Sequence record: DRR723986_3114
Strand: one strand, 5' to 3'
DNA length: 33,563 bases
Shown piece by piece: positions 30,314 through 33,563 of this stretch. The notes beneath the pieces are model-generated. The model was not told where the DNA came from, did not search any database, and saw nothing but the letters and a program-made list of their open reading frames with translations. Positions within the stretch are counted from its first letter, which is position 1. Every line of letters begins with the position of its first letter. Both the position numbers and the translations under genes were made by a program.

Positions 30314-30403
30314 TTGACCTCCTGACAAGGCCTGTGGCGATGACAAGATTGTCGCTATTAGCGGCTAAAACCACTATCCGGTCATTTACTTACCGGCCTA
30401 AGA

Positions 30404-31225
30404 TCACTGCCTAAACGCCCGCGGGTTAAGCGACTCAGCCGGCTCACTACTACCCCGCCAAGGGTTGATATCCAGACCACCACGCCGCAAATAGCGTGCG
30501 AAGACCGTTAGTGTTTCTGTGTGGCATGCTCGCTGAATGTCGCAAAAAATCTGCTCGACACACTGCTCGTGAAAATCGTTTTGCTGGCGAAAGGAAACCA
30601 AATACCGCAGCAAACTTGCTTCATCGATTTTGGGGCCTCGGCAGCGAATGCTCACGGAGGCCCAATCCGGCTGTCCCGTCACCGGGCAGCGCGATCGCAA
30701 CAGATGGCTGTAGTATTGCTGATCGACGACCTCACCTTCGTCACAGCGCAGCAGTTGTGCGCTTGGCTGATAATCGCTGATGTCGATATCCAGCAAATCC
30801 AGGCACTGCCCCTCCATCGACTCGGGACATAAGGTTTTATCCCAGTGCTCCGGTCGGTGCAAAATGACCTTTACCTCGGCGCCACAGGCCTGACTGAGAT
30901 CCTCCGTCAATGCCGACAACACCGCTTGCTCTGAATCAAAGGCGGTTTGGTTGAAGGAGTTTAAATACAGCTTGAACGACTTTGACTCGACAATAAACGG
31001 TGACGCCGCCGGAAAATGAAACTCTCCCACTGCAACATGGGGCTTTCCACGATGGTCTAGCCACGACAGCTCGAAGGCGTTCCAAACGTCTACACCGTAG
31101 AAATGAGTCGCGCCGTCAATACCGAGGCGCTGGCGCCCCTCGCTGCGCGCAATGGGATGCAGCACAGAGGGATCATAGTGCTCCGGGTAGTCTACCTGCG
31201 CGCCCAGCGGCCCGTGAATGCCCAT
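30404..31225 (-). CDS. queF: NADPH-dependent 7-cyano-7-deazaguanine reductase (bimodular QueF)
   Basis: DVWNAFELSWL, VESKSFKLYLNSFN, LLRSRCPVTGQPDW, FHEQCVE, RYLRRGGLDINP; GGAGG SD before ATG 31225. Confidence 0.96.
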   Translation of the reverse strand: MGIHGPLGAQVDYPEHYDPSVLHPIARSEGRQRLGIDGATHFYGVDVWNAFELSWLDHRGKPHVAVGEFHFPAASPFIVESKSFKLYLNSFNQTAFDSEQAVLSALTEDLSQACGAEVKVILHRPEHWDKTLCPESMEGQCLDLLDIDISDYQPSAQLLRCDEGEVVDQQYYSHLLRSRCPVTGQPDWASVSIRCRGPKIDEASLLRYLVSFRQQNDFHEQCVEQIFCDIQRACHTETLTVFARYLRRGGLDINPWRGSSEPAESLNPRAFRQ

Positions 31226-31235
31226 AATGCCTCCC

Positions 31236-32009
31236 CTACTGGCGCAAGCGCTTACCGGTGTTAAGCAGATACATGCAGTAGCCATAGGCCAACAGCGTAA
31301 ATACCCCCACCATCAAGAAAGCGGTGCCCACATTCACATCCGAAACCCCTAGCACCCCATAGCGAAAGGCATTCACGATGTAGAGCATGGGATTTAAACG
31401 CGACACATCCGCCCAAAATTCTGGCAGCAAATCTATCGAGTAAAAAACACCACCCAAGTAGGTCAGCGGCGTTAACACGAACACCGGCACAATCGACACA
31501 TCATCAAAGTTATTGGCGTACACCGCATTGATAAAGCCCGCCAACGAAAACATGATGGACGTCATCAGCACAATGCCAACCGTAACGCCAATATGCTGTA
31601 TATGCAGGCGAGTAAAAAACAGTGACAGCAAGGTGACGATCAGGCCGACCAACAAGCCCCGTGCCACACCGCCCAATACATAGCCCCACAACACCGTGTT
31701 GTTGGACATCGGGGATACCAGAATCTCTTCAACAAAGCGCTGAAACTTCGCCCCGAAGAACGACGACACCACATTGGAGTAGGCATTGGTGATTACCGAC
31801 ATCATAATCAGGCCAGGCACGACAAATTCCATGTAAGTAAAGCCGCCCATCTCGCCAATGCGGGAGCCGATCAAGGCACCAAAAATTATAAAATACAGCG
31901 ACATGGTAATGGCTGGCGGCAACAGCGTTTGCATCCATATTCTTAAAAACCGCCGGATCTCCTTGCGCACAATTGTGATAAAGGCGATCCACTGTTCACG
32001 CGTTGTCAT
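31236..32009 (-). CDS. yadH: ABC-2 transporter permease (YadH-like)
   Basis: KEIRRFLRIW.QTL.PP.IT..LYF.IFG, PGLIMMSVIT, LTPLTYLGGVFYS. Confidence 0.9.
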   Translation of the reverse strand: MTTREQWIAFITIVRKEIRRFLRIWMQTLLPPAITMSLYFIIFGALIGSRIGEMGGFTYMEFVVPGLIMMSVITNAYSNVVSSFFGAKFQRFVEEILVSPMSNNTVLWGYVLGGVARGLLVGLIVTLLSLFFTRLHIQHIGVTVGIVLMTSIMFSLAGFINAVYANNFDDVSIVPVFVLTPLTYLGGVFYSIDLLPEFWADVSRLNPMLYIVNAFRYGVLGVSDVNVGTAFLMVGVFTLLAYGYCMYLLNTGKRLRQ

Positions 32010-32035
32010 GTTTTATAACCTCGTAGTGAGCCGCG

Positions 32036-32950
32036 CTAGCTCTTCGCTAGCAACGACACAAATAATTCTTCAAGACGATTCGCCTTGTTACGCATACTGG
32101 TAACTTCAACGCCCTGCTCGCTCAGGGCCGCAAACACCGCATTGAGGGAACCGCCCTTCTCCAGCGCGACTTCCAGCATTTGCTCATCCGTTTTGTGGGT
32201 TTCAAAGCCCGCAATTGAAATGGTATCGGGCAGCGGCTCTTTGGTATCGAGCACGAAGGTCTCTCTGTGAAGCTGCTTAAGCAGTGTCTTCATCGCCGTG
32301 TTTTCAGCAATTTCGCCGCTGTCGATAATGGCAATGTTCCGGCACAGGCTTTCCGCTTCTTCGAGGTAGTGCGTCGTTAAAATGATGGTCGTGCCGCGCT
32401 GGTTGATTTCCTTCAGAAAGGCCCACATCGAACGGCGCAGCTCAATGTCCACCCCAGCGGTGGGCTCGTCGAGGATCAATAGGCGCGGCTCATGTACCAG
32501 CGCGCGAGCAATCATCAAGCGGCGCTTCATACCACCCGACAGCATGCGTGACGCAGTGTTGCGCTTTTCCCATAAATCGAGCTGCCGAAGGTAGGTCTCG
32601 GCGCGCTGCTCGGCCAACTCTCTGGTCAAGCCGTAGTAACCTGCCTGATTAACGACAATATCCCAAACGCTTTCAAAATTCGAAAAATTGAATTCCTGAG
32701 GGACAATGCCAATCTCTTTCTTGGCGAGCGCTAATTCGTTATCGATCGAGTGGCCAAACACACTCACCGAGCCCGCCGTCTTCTTTACCAACGAGCAAAT
32801 AATGCCAATGGTCGTCGACTTTCCCGCGCCATTGGGGCCAAGCAGAGCAAAGAAGTCGCCCTCCTCAACACATAAATCGATCCCTTTCAGTGCTTCAAAG
32901 CCATTGTCGTAGACCTTGCGTAACCCTCGTATTTCTAGGGCTTTGCTCAT
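32036..32950 (-). CDS. yadG: ABC transporter ATP-binding protein (YadG-like)
   Basis: Walker A GPNGAGKST, LSGGMKRRL, LILDEPTAGVD, C-terminal MRNKANRLEELF; start MSKAL at 32950. Confidence 0.9.
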   Translation of the reverse strand: MSKALEIRGLRKVYDNGFEALKGIDLCVEEGDFFALLGPNGAGKSTTIGIICSLVKKTAGSVSVFGHSIDNELALAKKEIGIVPQEFNFSNFESVWDIVVNQAGYYGLTRELAEQRAETYLRQLDLWEKRNTASRMLSGGMKRRLMIARALVHEPRLLILDEPTAGVDIELRRSMWAFLKEINQRGTTIILTTHYLEEAESLCRNIAIIDSGEIAENTAMKTLLKQLHRETFVLDTKEPLPDTISIAGFETHKTDEQMLEVALEKGGSLNAVFAALSEQGVEVTSMRNKANRLEELFVSLLAKS

Positions 32951-33050
32951 AGTGATTTCCCATCGTTTAGATAGTGAGAAGGGCCGGTATTTTGCCACGG
33001 TGCAGAGATCGAATACACTGGCGCGCCGAATTCATTGCTACGGAGCCCCT

Positions 33051-33449
33051 GTGAATAGTCGATCGCTGTATTTCCACCAACTCTTCGACCAACTCTTTCA
33101 AACCTGCAAAAACGGCCTGGAGGGCCACGGTGCCTACACACAAGACGCTGTCGACGACTTACTAAATGGCCTTGAGGCACTGCAAAAGCAACTCAGCGGT
33201 GACGATGCCCTGGCGCGAGGCCAGGCCCTGCTGTGCCAAATCATTGCGCACTTCCCCGACATCACCCCGATGATGCACCGCGACCTGCTGTGGTATTTCG
33301 GTGGTGATTGCCTGCACTACCTCAGCGACGCTGAACTTGAGCAATACCAGCAGCTCGAGGAACGCTACCACGCCGCTACGGCGTATGAGGATGGCGCAGA
33401 CAGCGGTCAATACCGGGACTTGCGTGCCAAGGTATTCGGCATGCATTAA
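33051..33449 (+). CDS. PA2817-family hypothetical protein
   Basis: GQ.LL..II..FP.ITP...RDLLWYFGGDCLHY..D.E...YQQLEE; GGAG SD before GTG 33051; next to tRNA-Gly as in Pseudomonas. Confidence 0.8.
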   Translation: MNSRSLYFHQLFDQLFQTCKNGLEGHGAYTQDAVDDLLNGLEALQKQLSGDDALARGQALLCQIIAHFPDITPMMHRDLLWYFGGDCLHYLSDAELEQYQQLEERYHAATAYEDGADSGQYRDLRAKVFGMH

Positions 33450-33497
33450 CCCTTTAGTCCCTCACTGCCCACCGCGCGTGGGCAAAAAGTACAGACG

Positions 33498-33527
33498 AAA
33501 AAAAAGCGAAACATGTGTTTCGCTTTT
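33498..33527. terminator. Bidirectional-type terminator between the PA2817-like gene and tRNA-Gly
   Basis: A8-GCGAAAC-ATGT-GTTTCGC-TTTT; strong U tract on the minus strand after the tRNA. Confidence 0.8.
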
Positions 33528-33534
33528 CATTTTT

Positions 33535-33563
33535 TGGAGCGGGAAACCGGGTTCGAACCGGCG
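33535..33563 (-). tRNA. 3' end of a tRNA, probably tRNA-Gly; anticodon lies outside the window
   Basis: Reverse complement CGCCGGTTCGAACCCGGTTTCCCGCTCCA: T-arm, acceptor strand TTCCCGC, U discriminator and CCA, typical of tRNA-Gly. Confidence 0.85.

Noticed and set aside
30404..31225. queF as part of a 7-deazaguanine DNA-modification (dpd) system
   Set aside because: No dpdA/tgt-like, queC/D/E or folE genes nearby; yadG-yadH-queF is an ordinary housekeeping neighbourhood.
33508..33521. GAAAC-ATGT-GTTTC matching the PsrA consensus
   Set aside because: It is the stem of the terminator between convergent genes, not a promoter region.

Overview
Core chromosomal region of a Gammaproteobacterium. 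The gene order is Pseudomonadales/Cellvibrionales-like (inference from synteny, not a database result). The window starts inside a tRNA-Leu(TAG) and ends inside a probable tRNA-Gly. The left half is one long minus-strand run: yceD-rpmF-plsX-fabD-fabG-acpP-fabF-pabC-mltG-tmk-holB-pilZ-tatD-gcvT-GH84 O-GlcNAcase-like gene-fadB-fadA-tRNA-Leu. It is followed by maf/yceF, a HAD phosphatase, rluC, rne and tRNA-Ser(TGA). A ~2 kb accessory patch of three small envelope genes lies between tRNA-Ser and yccA. Next come strongly diverged tusD/C/B-like genes with no tusE, a TrpD/YbiB-like gene, trmA and a pterin dehydratase. A minus-strand block follows: yadG-yadH-queF, two orphan genes, a dimeric dUTPase and a tandem-wHTH/nuclease-like gene. 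A PA2817-like gene is last. I found no CRISPR array, integrase, transposase or rRNA. Best leads, all hypotheses: (i) the dUTPase plus double winged-helix/PD-(D/E)xK-like gene pair and its orphan neighbours; (ii) a signal-peptide-less GH84 enzyme coupled to gcvT in the mltG-tmk-holB run; (iii) an eroded Tus sulfur relay lacking tusE; (iv) a perfect palindromic operator at fadBA with a near copy upstream of acpP.
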